DNA from: Chiloscyllium plagiosum
Lineage: Eukaryota
Reading direction: 5' to 3'
DNA: 64,000 bases
Assembly (NCBI RefSeq): GCF_004010195.1
Contig: NC_057750.1
Coordinates: 6,912,940-6,976,939, forward strand
A model generated the notes under the pieces. That model ran no database searches. It had not been told where the DNA came from and was given only the letters and a program-made list of their open reading frames with translations. The position numbers were made by a program, and so were the translations under genes. Positions 22,850-36,462 of this stretch are shown here, piece by piece. Each line of letters opens with the position of its first letter. The first letter of the stretch is position 1.

Positions 22850-24905
22850 GGAATTGAATTGAATTGAATTTATTGTCACGTGTACTGAGGTACAGTGAAA
22901 AGCTTTGTTTTGCAAGCAATACAGGCAGATCACAGAGTTAAATAGCATAGACAAGTAAATAATAGGGAAACAGTGGCAAAACAAAAACACAGGTACAGGT
23001 GAATGCTAAGAGTTTGTGAGTCCATTCAGCATTCTAACAACAGTCGGGTAGAAACTGTTTTGAAACCGGCTGGTGCGTGTGTTCAGGCTTCAGTACCTTC
23101 TCCCCAGTCGTGGAGGTTGTAGAAAAGCATTGTCAGGGTGGGATGGACCTTTGAGAATGCTGGCGGCCTTCCCTTGATAGTGGGCCTGGTAGATGGATTC
23201 TATAGATGGGAGGTTGGCCTTTGTGATTGTCCGGGCTGAGTTCACCCCTCTCTGTAACTGTCTCCGATCTTGAATGGTTCCATTGCCATACCAGGTAGTG
23301 ATACATCCAGACAGAATGCTCTCGATGGTGCACCTATAAAGGTTGGTAGGGGTTTTGGCCCTCATGCCAAATTTCCTCAGCTGCCTGAGGAAGAGGAGAT
23401 GTTGTTGGGCCTTTGTAACCAGTGCGTCCACATGAAGAGTCCAAGAAAGCTTGTTGTGGATGACCACTCCCAGGAGCTTGACACTCTCCACTCATTCCAC
23501 CTCTGTGCTGTTAATGTGTAGGGGGGACATGAGTAACATCGCGCCAAAAGTTAATAATGAATTCCTTGGTTTTACCGGCATTGAGAGCTAGGTTGTTCTC
23601 AGTGCACCATTTTTCCAGGTCTTCCACCTCCCGTCTGTAGTCTGTTTCATCGCCATCTGAGATTTGACTGACCATGGTGGTGTCATCCGTGAACTTGTAA
23701 ATGGCATTAGTCTGGTATTTGGAACACAGTCATGGGTATACAGTGAATACAGTAGGAGACTGAGTATGCACCCCTGGGAGACTCTGGTGTTGAGTGTTAG
23801 TGAGGGGCAGCACGGTGGCTCAGTGGTTAGCACTGCAGCACAGCACCAGGGACCCGGGTTAGATTCCAGCCTCGGGCGACTGTCTGTGTGGAGTTTGCAC
23901 ATTCTCCCCATGTCTGCGTGGGTTTCCTCCGGGTGCTCTGGTTTCCTCCCACAGTCCAAAGATGTGCAGGTTAGGTGAATTGGCCATGCTAAATTGCCCA
24001 TAGTGTTAGGTGCATTAGTCAGGAAAATGGGGCTGGATGGGTTACTCTTCAGAGGGTCGGTGTGGACTTGTTGGGCCGAAGGGCCCGTTTCCACACTGTA
24101 GGGAAGCTAAAAACAAAATATTGTCCCCAACTTCACTGCTTGTGGCCTGTGGGTCAGGAAACAGTTGCAGCGAGTCTGAGATCATTAAGTTTAGTAATCA
24201 GGGATAATAGTGTTGAAGGCTGAATTGTAGTCAATGAGTAGGATTCTTTTACACAGCTGTTTTTGGTGGCAAGATGTTCTAAGGAGGAGTGAAGGGCAAG
24301 TGATATGGCATCTGACGTGGATCTGTTGGTCTGATGGGCAAATTGGAGTGGGTCAAGAGTAGTTGGGAGCTGGGAGTTGATTAATGCCATGACCAGCATT
24401 TCAAAGCACTTCATGACCACCGAAGTTAGGGCCACTAGGTGTAGTCAATGAGACATGCTGCATGAGCCTTCTTAGGCACAGGGATGATGTTGGCCCTCTT
24501 GAAACAGGCAGGGACAATGGCCTGCTGCAGGGAGAGGTTGAAGAGGTCCGAGAAGATCTCTGCCAGTTAATATGCGCATGCTCCGAGTGCACGGCCAGGT
24601 ACTGTCTGGTCCCAGCGCTTTCCTTGGATTCACATGAAGGAAAACTGATCTGACCCCTGATGCAGTGACAGTCGGGATAAGTTCATCAGGACTTGTCGGA
24701 ATAAGTGTTTCCTCTCCACCGATATTCTGCTCAAAGCAAGCATAGAAGGTGTTGAGACGGTCTGGGAGGGATGTGTCATCTTCTGCTACCTTGCACTCTC
24801 TCTTTTTAGAACCTGTGATGTCATTCAGTCCATGCCATACTTGCTGGATGTCTGTTTGGGTCTCTAGTTTGGATTGGTATTGGTCCCTGGCTGTCTTAAT
24901 GGAGC
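22850..24905 (-). mobile_element. Rex1/Babar-type non-LTR retrotransposon, 5'-truncated and frameshifted
   Basis: [11 protein letters not shown]...LDPLQFA...[12 protein letters not shown] (24154-24435) and KLLGV...LSWT.H...KAQQHL.FLRQLRKFG...YRCTIESILSGCITTWYG (23090-23491); 3' end AATAAA(TTCAA)n at 22850-22874. Confidence 0.88.
23804..24110 (+). mobile_element. HE1-like SINE nested in the Rex1-type element
   Basis: Head, core and tail as at 19135-19460; interrupts the RT region. Confidence 0.88.
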
Positions 24906-25149
24906 TGTAAGACTGAGTAGTTAGTAAACTCTATACACAAAGAAAAGTGTTTTCGTTCCTTTCTCACCGACTTGATCGAATCTGAATAGATACTGTACTC
25001 TCTCATTATCCAATGGCTCATACTGAAAAAAGTCTTCATCAATAATGACAAATGGAATACATCTACATGCACTTCTTATCAATTCTTCCTTCTGTCGGAA
25101 ATCCAAATTTATCATTACATCTGCCCATTTAATGAATCACTAGCATACT

Positions 25150-25472
25150 GGCCCAGTGGTTAGCACTGCTGCCTCACAGTGCCAGGCACCCAGGTTTGAT
25201 TCCAGCTTTGGCGACTGTCTGTGGAAATTTGCACATTCTCCCTGTGTCTGCTGATTTCTTCCGGGCACTCCGGTTTCTTCCCACAGTCCAAAACTGTGCA
25301 TATTAGGCAAATTGGCCATGCTAAATTGCCTGTAGTATCCAGTGATGTGCAGGCTAGGTGGGTTAGACATGGGAAGTGCAGGGTTACAGGGATAGGGTAG
25401 ATCTGGGTGGGATTCTCTTTGGAGGGTCAGTGTGGACTTGCGTGACCTGCATTCCACACTGTAGGGATTCTA
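25150..25472 (+). mobile_element. HE1-like SINE
   Basis: CAGTGGTTAGCACTGCTGCCTCACAG head and family core. Confidence 0.82.
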
Positions 25473-27283
25473 CAATAATTGACCAAAGACCATTGGACAC
25501 CACCTTCCAAACCCATGACCATTTCAATCTAGAAGGACAAAGGCAGCAGGTATATGGGAACACCACCCCCTGCAAGTTTCCCTCCGAGATACACACCATT
25601 CTGATTTGGAAATATATCGCCATTCCTTCAGCGTCACTGGGTCAGATTGCTGGAATTTCATCCAAAAGGACATTGTGGTTACGCCAAAGTACGTGGACTA
25701 CAGTGGTTAAAGCTGATAGCTCATCAGCACCTTCACAAGAGCAACTGGGAATGGGCAACAAATGCTGCGCCCAGCCAGCGATGCCCACGTCCCACAAGTG
25801 AAAAATAAAAACTAAAATTCAGGCTGGGGTGAGGAATAGTGCAGGGTTGCTGGTGGCTGCTCTTGCAGCCTGACAGATAGTAAATGTCTAAAGGCCTGAC
25901 TGTCACTTCTCCAGGAACCTACATGCCAACTGGATAATCCCAGTCAGTCACTGCCCTTTAATAGGCATCAATAGTTCAATACTGACCGACTCTCTGACAC
26001 ATGCGGGTTAGTGGCCCTGCCACCCCTCCACCATGACCTTGTGAAAAGGACCTGGAAGCAGAGTGGAGTCAGGGACCCTGTGTCAACCCCAGGGATCTCT
26101 TTCATGTCCCCCTCATGTCCTATCCCAGCAAAGGCTGAAATTCCAGCCCACTGACTTGGCAGTCCCAAGGAGAAAAAAGGCAACATTTGAATGCAAACAT
26201 CTTGGCGTTTTGCATCGCCCCTGTCTTGATGCTAGCAAGAACCAAATGCAGAATGATAGTGCAGTATAGGTGGGAGACAGGGACCTGTGGGTTGACATAA
26301 AGGAGCATCTCAAGATGCTGGAACTGTCTGCTCCTCCCAAACTGGGTAAAGGAAAACAACTCTGACAGAATGAATGCAGTTTGGGAAAGCGAGTGGGCCA
26401 GGAGGACTGATTTATTGGCAGTGATGAAGGGGTGACAGCTGCTCTCACCTTCCACGCCTGTGGCAATATACAGTCTCCTGCAGGTGACTCTGCAAAAGCT
26501 CAGCTCATTCCGTGTCAAACCAAAAGCTGCTTTGCATATGACAACAGATGGCTGTAACAGTTTTAACCAACCTCCGCCCCATACCCATCCCCCCCCCCCC
26601 CACCTGAATGTTACAGAAACGAGACATAACAGATGACAAGGTCTGAAACGAGAATCCAAATTTCCTAATCACCAAGAACACCAGTGACACATTCACTGCC
26701 ACACCAGCCCAGTAACACAATCAGAACACTTTTAATTCAGGGTGAGAGACAAACCAAGTATTTGTTTCCCCATTTCTTGACGGGATGGGTTTGTTTTAAA
26801 TCCCAAATGACATTAAGTCTCCAACCGGCTTGAATTTCCAGTTGCCAACTTCTGCTGGATGCATCCCCAGAGCTTTCATCACATGACCTTTCTCCTCCTG
26901 CCCAGACTCTCTTCACAATACGCTTTTATGACAAAATTACTCAAAGGAAATGATTGAAGACAAATTTTGTTTCTAAATTTACTGCAATTTTTCTCGGTGC
27001 ATCATCGAATTGTCTTTTTCATAGCTGGAGGACACCAGAATAATCCTGTAAAAGTTGGGGACTTAGATCTGTTAATCTTGATGTTAAAAAAAGTGTTTTA
27101 ACCGTTGAATTATTCCCATTAATCTCCTTTGTACTCTATCCAATGCATTCATATCCTCTCTATAATGCGGTGCCCAGAACTGAACAAAATACTCCATCTG
27201 AGGTTCAGCCAATGTCCAAAACAAGTTCAGAGTCTTCCTGCTGTTGTACTCTGCATTAATAGAATAGTCTATTCTAGAATACT

Positions 27284-27415
27284 AGGAGAAAGTGAGACCT
27301 GCACATACTGGACAGTCAGAGTTGAAGAAGTGTGGCACTGGAAAGAACACAGCAGATCAGGCAGCATCTGAGCAGCTAGAGAGGTGACATTTTGGGGCAT
27401 AATCCTTCCTCAGGA
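27284..27415 (-). mobile_element. Family-A PLE derivative with 10-bp TSD
   Basis: CTAGAATACT at 27274-27283 and 27416-27425; ends at CCTCAGGA, the start of the hammerhead core on the minus strand. Confidence 0.7.
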
Positions 27416-27547
27416 CTAGAATACTGTCTGCTTAATTGTGAACAACAGGCCATCAGACAGGATTAGAAGTAAGCCATTCAGCCCATCAAGTCTGCTTCAC
27501 CATTCAATGAGACTTTGACTGATATGTTAATCCTCAATTTCACTTTT

Positions 27548-27852
27548 CACTCCAAAACTAGAGGGCATAGGTTTAAGGTGAAAGGGGAGAGATTTAAAAG
27601 GGATCCAAGGGGCAACTTTTTCACGCAGAGGGTGGTACGTGTATGGAATGAGTTGCCAGAGGAAATGGTGGAGGCTGGTACAATTGTAACATTTAAAAAG
27701 GTATCTGGATGGGTACATGGATAGGAAGAGTTTAGAGAGATATGAGCCAAATGCTGGCAAATGTGATTAGATCTATTTAGGACATCTGGTCGGCATGGAC
27801 AAGTAGGACTGAAGGGTCTGTTTCCGTACTGTACATCTCTTTGACTCTATGA
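27548..27852 (+). mobile_element. CR1 LINE 3' fragment
   Basis: KTRGHRFKVKGERFKRDPRGNFFTQRVVRVWNELPEEM. Confidence 0.9.
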
Positions 27853-28431
27853 TTTTTCTGCCTTACCTCCATAATCCTTGATTCCTTTATGGATTAAGAA
27901 TCTGTCTATCGGAGCCTTGAATATATTAAATGACTCACCTTCAGTAGCCTTCTTTGGGAAGGAATTTCACAGTGTTACCATTAACTGCTCTCTCAACCAG
28001 CCCTGCTGTCTTTAACGATTTTTTGATATACACCTAGGTCTTTCTGCTCCTGCACACCCTTTAGTTTATACTGTCTTCATGTTCTTTATACCACAATGTA
28101 TCACTTCACGCTTCTCCCCATTGAACTTCCTCTGCTTCCTATCTACCTGCTTTCCCAACTTGTCAATGTCCTTTTGAAGTTTTACCCAATCCTTCACACA
28201 GCTTACAATCGCCCAAATTTTGTCATCAACCAACGTTGAAGTTGTGGCCTGCACATCAAATTCTAAATCATTTATATATTACGAACAACAAGGAAAATCT
28301 TTACAATACAACTAACAATACCCACTAATAATCTTGCCCGAGTAACGTCACAACACCATAACATAAAAGGAGGCCATTAGAAACATTGTGCCTATGAAAG
28401 TATTGTGAAATTGGCCCCACTCATATACTCA

Positions 28432-28940
28432 CAGAGTCATACAGCACGGAAACAGACCCTTCAGTCCAACCAGTCCAAACCGATCATACTCCTAAAATAA
28501 ACCAGTTTCACCTGGCTGCATTTAGTCCATGTCCCTTCAAACATTTCTTATTCATTACTTATCCAAATGTCTTTTAAACGTTGTAAATGTACTGGCATCC
28601 ATCACAACCTCTGGCAGTTTATGCCTCACATGAAATACTCGCTGCGTAAAAAAAATTACCACTCATGTCTTTTTTAAATCTTTCTTCTCTCACCTTAAAA
28701 ATATGCTCACCTAATCTTAAAATCCCTAACTTTGGAGAAAGGACACCTGCCATTCACCACATTTATACCCTTCATAATTTTATAAACCTCTATAAGAGCA
28801 CCCCTCAACCTCCTACACTCCAGGTTAAAAAGTCCCAGCCTAACCAGCCTCTCCTGATAATTTAAACCCTCCACTCCAGGCTACATACTGGTAAATCTCT
28901 TCTGAATCCTCTCCAGCTTAATAATATCCTTTCCATAACA
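28432..28940 (-). mobile_element. CR1 LINE 3' fragment
   Basis: AGAGTCATACAGCACGGAAACAGACCCTTC tail and TTTTATAAACCTCTATAAG core on the minus strand. Confidence 0.8.
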
Positions 28941-29936
28941 GGCTCCTTCTCAATGACTTCCAACTACTTGCCTTTTCCAGTATCTATCCAATTTTCTTTG
29001 AAATGTTACTATTGTATCTTCAATCCTTCCTGTCAAGCAGCGAGTTCCGGATCCTAAAAAACTCATTAGCATAAGCAAACTGGTGCCTCATCCATCCTCA
29101 CCGCACATTCGTTGCAGTGTGTACTATCCATAACATACACCACAAATGTTTCAACTGCTCCTTCAAAACACATGATCTCTATCACTTAGAAGGACAAGGG
29201 CAGCAAATGCTTGGGTATACACCACCCACAAAAGAGTCCCTTCACACACCATCCTGACTTGGAAATATAAAATCGCCATTCCTTCACAGTCGCTGGGTCA
29301 AAATTCTGGAACTTCCACTCTAATGGAACTGTGGGTAAACCTACACCACACAGATTGCTGCGGTTCCTGAAGGCAGCTCACCACTACTATATCAATTAGG
29401 GATGTACAATAAAACGTCAGTGATGCCCACATCTTCTAAATGAAGAAACAACATTTAACACCTCAACTCTCTCCCACCGGCAATTTGTCAATTATCTTTA
29501 AAGGACATGTTCTGGTTACTGCTGTGGGAACAGTTTCTCCTTATTTTCTGAACTGAGCCTTTCATAATTTTTAACACCTCATAAATCTCCTGTCATCCTT
29601 GCTCTGAGGGAGAACAATCTCAGCTTTAAAATGTTAATGAATGTGTTCCTACATTCTCAAGAAATACCTCCATTGTCAGAACAGTGACAATGAAATACCC
29701 CCAGGAAATGATGATCCATCATTTTGAGTTTAGTTAATCTGCTGTGTATTGGGTTAACAGTTGTTTTTCAACAGCATAGGTTAAAATTATATCTGCTTTC
29801 CCAGGACTTGGGGGTGGGGGGGCACATTTAAAATCGATGATTTTCCCTCTGTCCCTTTGAAACACTTGTTATTCTGAGAATAGACCACTTCTTAGACCTG
29901 GACTTCCAACTCTAGGTCCAGAAATACAGGGGGATC

Positions 29937-30881
29937 TGTTATGGACCTCAAAATATATCAAGGAGATACCTTAGACCCTAACTTTTATCTTGAAGGCAAA
30001 TGGAAAGCTCTTGGTTCCAGATGGGATTTGATTGGTCCAACACCAAGCTTTAAGCAAAACACACTTTATTCTTACAACACAGTTAGAATATAAACAAAAG
30101 AAAAATTGGCATAACTTTAACTCTATTGAAATATTTAATAAAATAATATATGATTTAACTGCTCGTCATCAACTATTCCAATATAGAAGCATCCCAGGAT
30201 CACACCCTTAGCAAAGGCAAATTCAGCAAAACAGATTTTCCTCACGTGCGGTCTCCTTTCCAGTCCAGGAGAAGGAACCAGTNNNNNNNNNNNNNNNNNN
30301 NNNNNNNNNNNNNNNNNNNNNNNNNNNNNNNNNNNNNNNNNNNNNNNNNNNNNNNNNNNNNNNNNNNNNNNNNNNNNNNNNNNNNNNNNNNNNNNNNNNN
30401 NNNNNNNNNNNNNNNNNNNNNNNNNNNNNNNNNNNNNNNNNNNNNNNNNNNNNNNNNNNNNNNNNNNNNNNNNNNNNNNNNNNNNNNNNNNNNNNNNNNN
30501 NNNNNNNNNNNNNNNNNNNNNNNNNNNNNNNNNNNNNNNNNNNNNNNNNNNNNNNNNNNNNNNNNNNNNNNNNNNNNNNNNNNNNNNNNNNNNNNNNNNN
30601 NNNNNNNNNNNNNNNNNNNNNNNNNNNNNNNNNNNNNNNNNNNNNNNNNNNNNNNNNNNNNNNNNNNNNNNNNNNNNNNNNNNNNNNNNNNNNNNNNNNN
30701 NNNNNNNNNNNNNNNNNNNNNNNNNNNNNNNNNNNNNNNNNNNNNNNNNNNNNNNNNNNNNNNNNNNNNNNNNNNNNNNNNNCCGATTCTGAAGCAGACA
30801 TTCCGGGACAACTGTGGCAACACCTTGCTGTGAGAGAAATGGCACAGAAGGAAATCCTCTTAAAGGCACAGTACTGTCACA
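29937..30881 (-). mobile_element. LTR (TG...CA) with 4-bp TSD GATC, spanning an assembly gap
   Basis: GATC|TGTTATGGACC...TACTGTCACA|GATC; both ends resemble 57581-58209; minus-strand AATAAA near 30065. Confidence 0.75.
30283..30782. other. Assembly gap
   Basis: Run of 500 N. Confidence 0.99.
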
Positions 30882-32999
30882 GATCACAAGACAAGATTCT
30901 GGGATCTGAGCTCCGAGGCTGTGATGGTGAATATGGAGCTCTGACTTGATGCTAAAAATTGCAAGACCCCTTTAAACCTCTGTGTCTTTTTCAAGGGTGG
31001 GCGCACCCTAGCTGAATGATTTTCTTTACAGCCCAAACACAGTAAAGTTCTGGCGATCGGGGGGGAATGAGTTCCCAGAGAACGTCACAGTTGGTGGTTT
31101 TGATGAATTGCAAAGATGGCTGCCCACTCCAGGAACATCTCAGAGGAGCAAACATTGGAGTCACAGAAGGTGAAACACACACAGAAAGAATCACGCAGAT
31201 AACTAAATTCATGAAGGGCAGGCACAAAAATGGTGGGACCTCACTTCACTGCTCTAAAAGAGCCAATGAAAAGGCACATTGTCAAAAGAACGACCCCATC
31301 GGCCTCACAGATTTACTGTGCACTTCTAGTCTCACATCTCCCCAGCTCCCACAACATAGCCCCTCCATCCAACCAACGATCCACTGTGTGCATGTGCACA
31401 CACAGAGTTCACTGAATGATCGTGGCAACATTCAAATCTCAGAACAGCAGGCATTCAGAGACCTACTAAAAGGTGAGCCTCCAAATCTCTGACAAAAAAA
31501 AAACTCCTGAAAAGTTCACATCACAAGCTTGCATTTCATGTAGATGGAAAAAATCAGTCAAATTTGACGCATCACAGTTCTACTCCTCTCGTAATCACCT
31601 CAAAATGGAGCTCTATTTTAACTGATATGATGATTTCCAAGTCTTGCTGATTGTTTTACGGGTTTTGTACAATGATATTTTTGCATTACACAGCTAAGTT
31701 CAGGAATATTACAAACTAGCAGAAGAGGAGAGCAAATAGAGAGATACAAAGAGAATGCTCTCCTCCAAGGTGCATCTTTTCAGTAAAATGTAATTTCCAT
31801 AATATTGTAGAATCATACAGCACTGAATTAAAGGGACTTTTGGGCCCAAAATGGCTCCCAGGAGCTACCAATTTGTCCCATTTTGCACTGTATTTTCCTG
31901 AAAGGCTTGAACGTTTGCAAAAAGTTATTATAGGAGAATTTGCACAAACTTCAAAAGGAGACAAAGACCTGCAGTAGCCTGATGGAGACAATCAATGATG
32001 CTGGGAGTGGGATCAGAAGAACATTTCTACATATTGGACAGAGCTGGAAGCACGACAGCCTTTTACTGAGACAAACGAGAAACCTACACAGTGATGGCTA
32101 TCTTGAAAAGGTCATGAATCTGGATAAGAAAACTCTAGCAGAAGAAATGATTGATCTACACCATAATTTTAATGCATTATAAAACATCTTGCATTTATGT
32201 AGCATATTTCTATGTAGCAAACTGTCACAAGGACTTCTCAATAACATTAACTTAACTTTGAAACCACGCCACTTAAGCAATTATTCACACTAAAATGTAG
32301 GAAGAGTTCAGAGAGATACAGGCCAAATGCTGGCAAATAGGACTGGATTAATATAGGATGTGTGGTTGGCATGGACAAGTTGGACTGAAGGGTCTGTTCT
32401 ATATAAACTCTATAACTTGGTGAAGTATTTCAAAAGAAGAAAGTGAGACAATGATGGAACAATTTAGGCATGGAGTTGGGACCCAGAATTGAGGGTCTGG
32501 TCATAGAGATGTACAATATGGAAACAGACCCTTCAGTCCAACTCATCAACGCCGACCAGGTATCCCAACCCAATCTAGTCCCACCTGCCAGCACTCGGCC
32601 CATATCCCTCTAAACCCTTCCTAATCATATACCCATCCAGTTGCCTTTTAAATTGTACTAGTCTCCACCACTTCCTCTGGCAGCTCATTCCATACACGTA
32701 TCCTGGAACATTAAGCTGCCAGTCTTGTAATTCAACAGCAAAGGCAGTGACTGCTAACTCTGTCAGTTAGGAACGTGGGTTTCTCTCTCTCTCTCTCCTG
32801 CACTGACCTCGCCATATGCTTCCTTTGTCTGTTCTTCTCCCTTTTTGTCCTTCCTGACTTGTCACTTTGGAAGATACAAAGAATGGAGAAGCAAAAGAAT
32901 TCTTCCACTTGGCTCATTGTGTCTGCACCAGCTCTTCAAATGACCAGCATTACCCTGTGCCAGTCTCTTGTTTCTTCCCCATCTCCTTGCATGTTATTT

Positions 33000-33425
33000 C
33001 TATCTAAATAACCACCTTTCTTGAATGCCTCAATTGAACCTACCTCTACCACATTTCCAGGCAGTGTATTCTGTACCCTGACTCTCGCTGCGTGAAAGAT
33101 TTTTTTTTTCTCACATCATATTTGCTCCTTTCGCAAATCACTTTAAATCTATGCCTTCTCGTTCTTGATTCTTTTACGATTGGGAGCAGTTTCTCCCTAC
33201 CCGCTCTCTCCAGCCCGCTCATGACTTTGAAAACTTCTAAACTTCCTAGCCTCCTTCTCTCCAAAGAGAACAGTCCCAACTTCTTCAATCTATTAACAAC
33301 ATTGAAGTCCCTCATCTCTGGAGCCATTCTTGCAAATTGCTTCTGCATTGTCTCGAAAGCACTCTCCCCATATTGTGGCACCCGGAACTGTAGACAATTC
33401 TTCAGCTAAGGTCTAACAAGTGCCT
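33000..33425 (-). mobile_element. CR1 LINE fragment (older subfamily)
   Basis: ORF 33046-33381 RLKKLGLFSLERRRL...EVFKVM...RTRRHRFKV. Confidence 0.82.
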
Positions 33426-34834
33426 AATATTTCTGCCATGCCTGGGGTTATAATAACACCGCTGGTGCTGACAGGCCTCACAGCAGTATCTTAAGAAACG
33501 AGTCTTGCCTGAAGCTGTTCATGTCACACTTACAGTTCCACATAAAGCTGATCATTGATAATTGAAAGCTCCAAGTATTTCTGCAACATTTTCCCCATTA
33601 TTATGCATTGAGATAGCTTGCAAGCAGTTTATTTAAAAGTCCAGCTCTCTGTATATTGTCAGCACTGTGTAGCGTAGTGTTTTAATATGCACTTAAGCAG
33701 AACAAGACTCTTTCTGTTCAAACCCACAGACAGTCTTGTGCAGTTTGAAGTACAGTGGGGAAAGTGGTCACAACCCATTTTTAGCTGGAATGCCGTCATC
33801 AAAATATTTTCCTTCTACCACTTGTAAAAATCAACACAACTCTGGGTTTATGAACTGTGGAATGTACCATAAAATGATAGAACACAGGGGGCCATTTGTC
33901 CAACTGTGCCTCTGTTGGATCTTTGAAAGACCTTACACTTACCCAAGAGGCAGTGCAGCAAAGATTTATTAGGCAGATACCTATAATGGTAAGATTGTCC
34001 TAGAGGAGAGATTTGGGTCAACAGGGCCTGTTTTTGCTAGAATTTACAAGAATGAGAGGGGATTTTATTGAAACGTACAAAATTCGAACAAGACTGGAGA
34101 GACTGAGTGCATCAAGGATGTTTCCCTTGGTTTGGGGTGTCTAGAACCAGGGGGTCACAGTTTCAGGATACAGGCTAGACCATTTTGGACTGCGATGAGA
34201 AAACATTTCTTGACTCAAAAGGGCAGAATCCTCTACCATAGAATATGTTCAAGAAAGAGATACATAAATTTTTAGATATTAAAGGCATCAATGAGTATGG
34301 GGAGAGCACGGGAATTTGGCATTGAGAGGGAGCATCAGCCATGATCATATTGAATGGAGGAGCAGGTTCAAAGGGCAGATGGTCAGCTCTTGCTCCAAGT
34401 GTCCTTGTAATGCATTCTGTCCCCCTGCATATTCCCCATAGCTCTGCAAATTCTTTTCCCTCAAGTATGGGAGACAATGGTGCAGTGGCGATATCACTGT
34501 ATAAATAATCCAGGAGACCCAGGCTAATATTTTGGGGATGCAGGTTCAAATCCCACCACAGCAGCTGGTGGAATGTATGTAAATCTAGAAGTCGAAGCTA
34601 GTCTCAGTGACCATGACAACAAAGACTGTGGTCATCAAAACCCACCTAACTCACTAACATCCTGTAGGGAAAGTTATCGACTGTCCACACCAGATCTGGC
34701 CTACATGTGGCTCCAGGCCCAAAGTAATGTGGTTGACACCCTCTGAAATAGCTTAGCAAAGTTCAAGGACAATTAGGGAAGGGAAACAAAGGATGGCTTA
34801 GTCTGCAACACCCCGATGGGACAGATTAGAATTA

Positions 34835-35005
34835 AGAAACAAAAAACAAGAATTGCTGGAGAAGCTCAGCAGGTCTGGCAGCATCTCTGGAGAGAAATCA
34901 GAGTTAATGTTTCGGGTCCACTGACCCTTCCTCAGAATGTCGAACTTTTCCAGCAATTTCTGTCTTTGCTTCTGATCTTCAGCATCCACAGTTCTTTTGG
35001 TTTTT
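34835..35005. mobile_element. Palindromic family-B PLE-like element with hammerhead-like motif at 34901-34938 (minus)
   Basis: Minus strand: ATT CTGAGGA A GGGTC AGTG GACCC GAAAC ATT AAC; arms AATTGCTGGAGAAG and CTTTTCCAGCAATT. Confidence 0.68.
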
Positions 35006-36462
35006 ATTTAGAATTCGGGAACATAGTTTAAAACGAAGGGATTTCCTGGTCAAGACGAAGATGCTGAATTTCTTTTTCTTTCACAGGATAGCCAGTCTTC
35101 TCCAGAGAGCATTGGAGGTTAGATTATTGAATACTTTTAAGACTGAGTTGGACAGATTCTTTACTGAAGTGCGAGTCAAAGAATAGGGGAGGTAGACAAG
35201 AAAGTAGATTCAAGGACACAACCTGATTAGTCATCAGCTTATCATATGGGTTCAAAGGGGCTGAGTGACATTCTCCTGATCCTAACTTTTACGTCACACA
35301 TGAGCATCAAAAGAAACTTATACAGTTTAATGAGAAAGTTAGTTACATCATAAAATTATTTACATAGAACATCAGAAGATAATATTTTGATTTGCAATAC
35401 TTAGAAACAGCAAATTAATTTTCAACTTGACAAACAGAATTAAATGCCACAATATTATTTGTCAATCACTTCACAGAATCACAGAACCATTGCAGCACAG
35501 AAGGAGGCCATTCGGCCCATAATCTGTGTTGGCCGTCCAAGCAAGCGAAACATTGAATAGCATTCCCCGGTTTCTTTTTTCAGATAATTATCCAATTCTT
35601 TCTTGAATACTCAATTGAATCTGCCTCCACCACGTTCTCAGGCAGTACATTCCAGATCTTAACCACTTGCTGGTTGAAAAAGTTATTCAACATGTTTCTG
35701 TTGCTTCTTTCACCAATTATCTTAACTCAACTGTGCTCTTTCGTTTTCGACTCTTACAGCAATGGGAATTGTTCTTCTATACCTACTTTGTAAAAACAGT
35801 GGACCAGTGATTTCTATCATTTTTTCCCCATTTCTATTACTTGGATTTATTCTATAACTCATTGCCCCCGCACATGTACATCTGTAAACATTTGACAGAC
35901 TTCCTCCAGATCCCACTTTGAACTTAAAAACATGCACGTCAGCTCAGCCCCAAGCATTCCATGTAATGCAACAGCTTGCTCTCAGTCAGATTATGCAGCT
36001 ATAAACTGTGAGTGGCTGTTAATCCCAAATCAAGAAAGGAAATCTGAGACTTAGAAACAAAAGCTCTCGTTTCTGCAGTTGGCTGCAGGTGGAAGAAAAA
36101 CAGAGCAAGAAAATAAGAGTTAGAATGTCAGACCCAATCAATAATCAGCTCAGACTGTGCATGTTTTCTATGAACTAATGGCAAAAAGTAACAGTAAATG
36201 GCAGCCATGTGGCAGAGCACAGCCCCAAACTGTGTGTGCCTGAAGCAAAAGGAACAGGTGAAGGAAGCTATGATTTTTATTTAAAGTTAATTTGAGCACC
36301 TCCATTTGCTGGAACTCAGAGACTAACAGAAGCAGGTTATTCTGTATTAAAGAGGGATGTTAAATTCAACAGTTATGCATTTCTTCACATTCTATTAGAA
36401 AGCCTTGTATTTGGTTTCTGTGGTACAGGCCTTTCTGAAGGCCTCAGACTGTGAGAACTTAC

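Noticed and set aside
26120..26659. 179-aa ORF and donor-like GAAG|gtgaga near 26448 as another EML exon
   Set aside because: No ATG in frame upstream of the donor (the track start is TTG), no recognisable homology, and the ORF crosses a poly-C run.
30135..30887. Long ORFs across gap 1
   Set aside because: Artefacts of translating N runs.
31000..32180. Possible decayed coding sequence (ORFs 31067-31492, 31940-32182)
   Set aside because: I recognised no motif and no convincing splice-bounded exon. A translated search could still reveal an old transposase.
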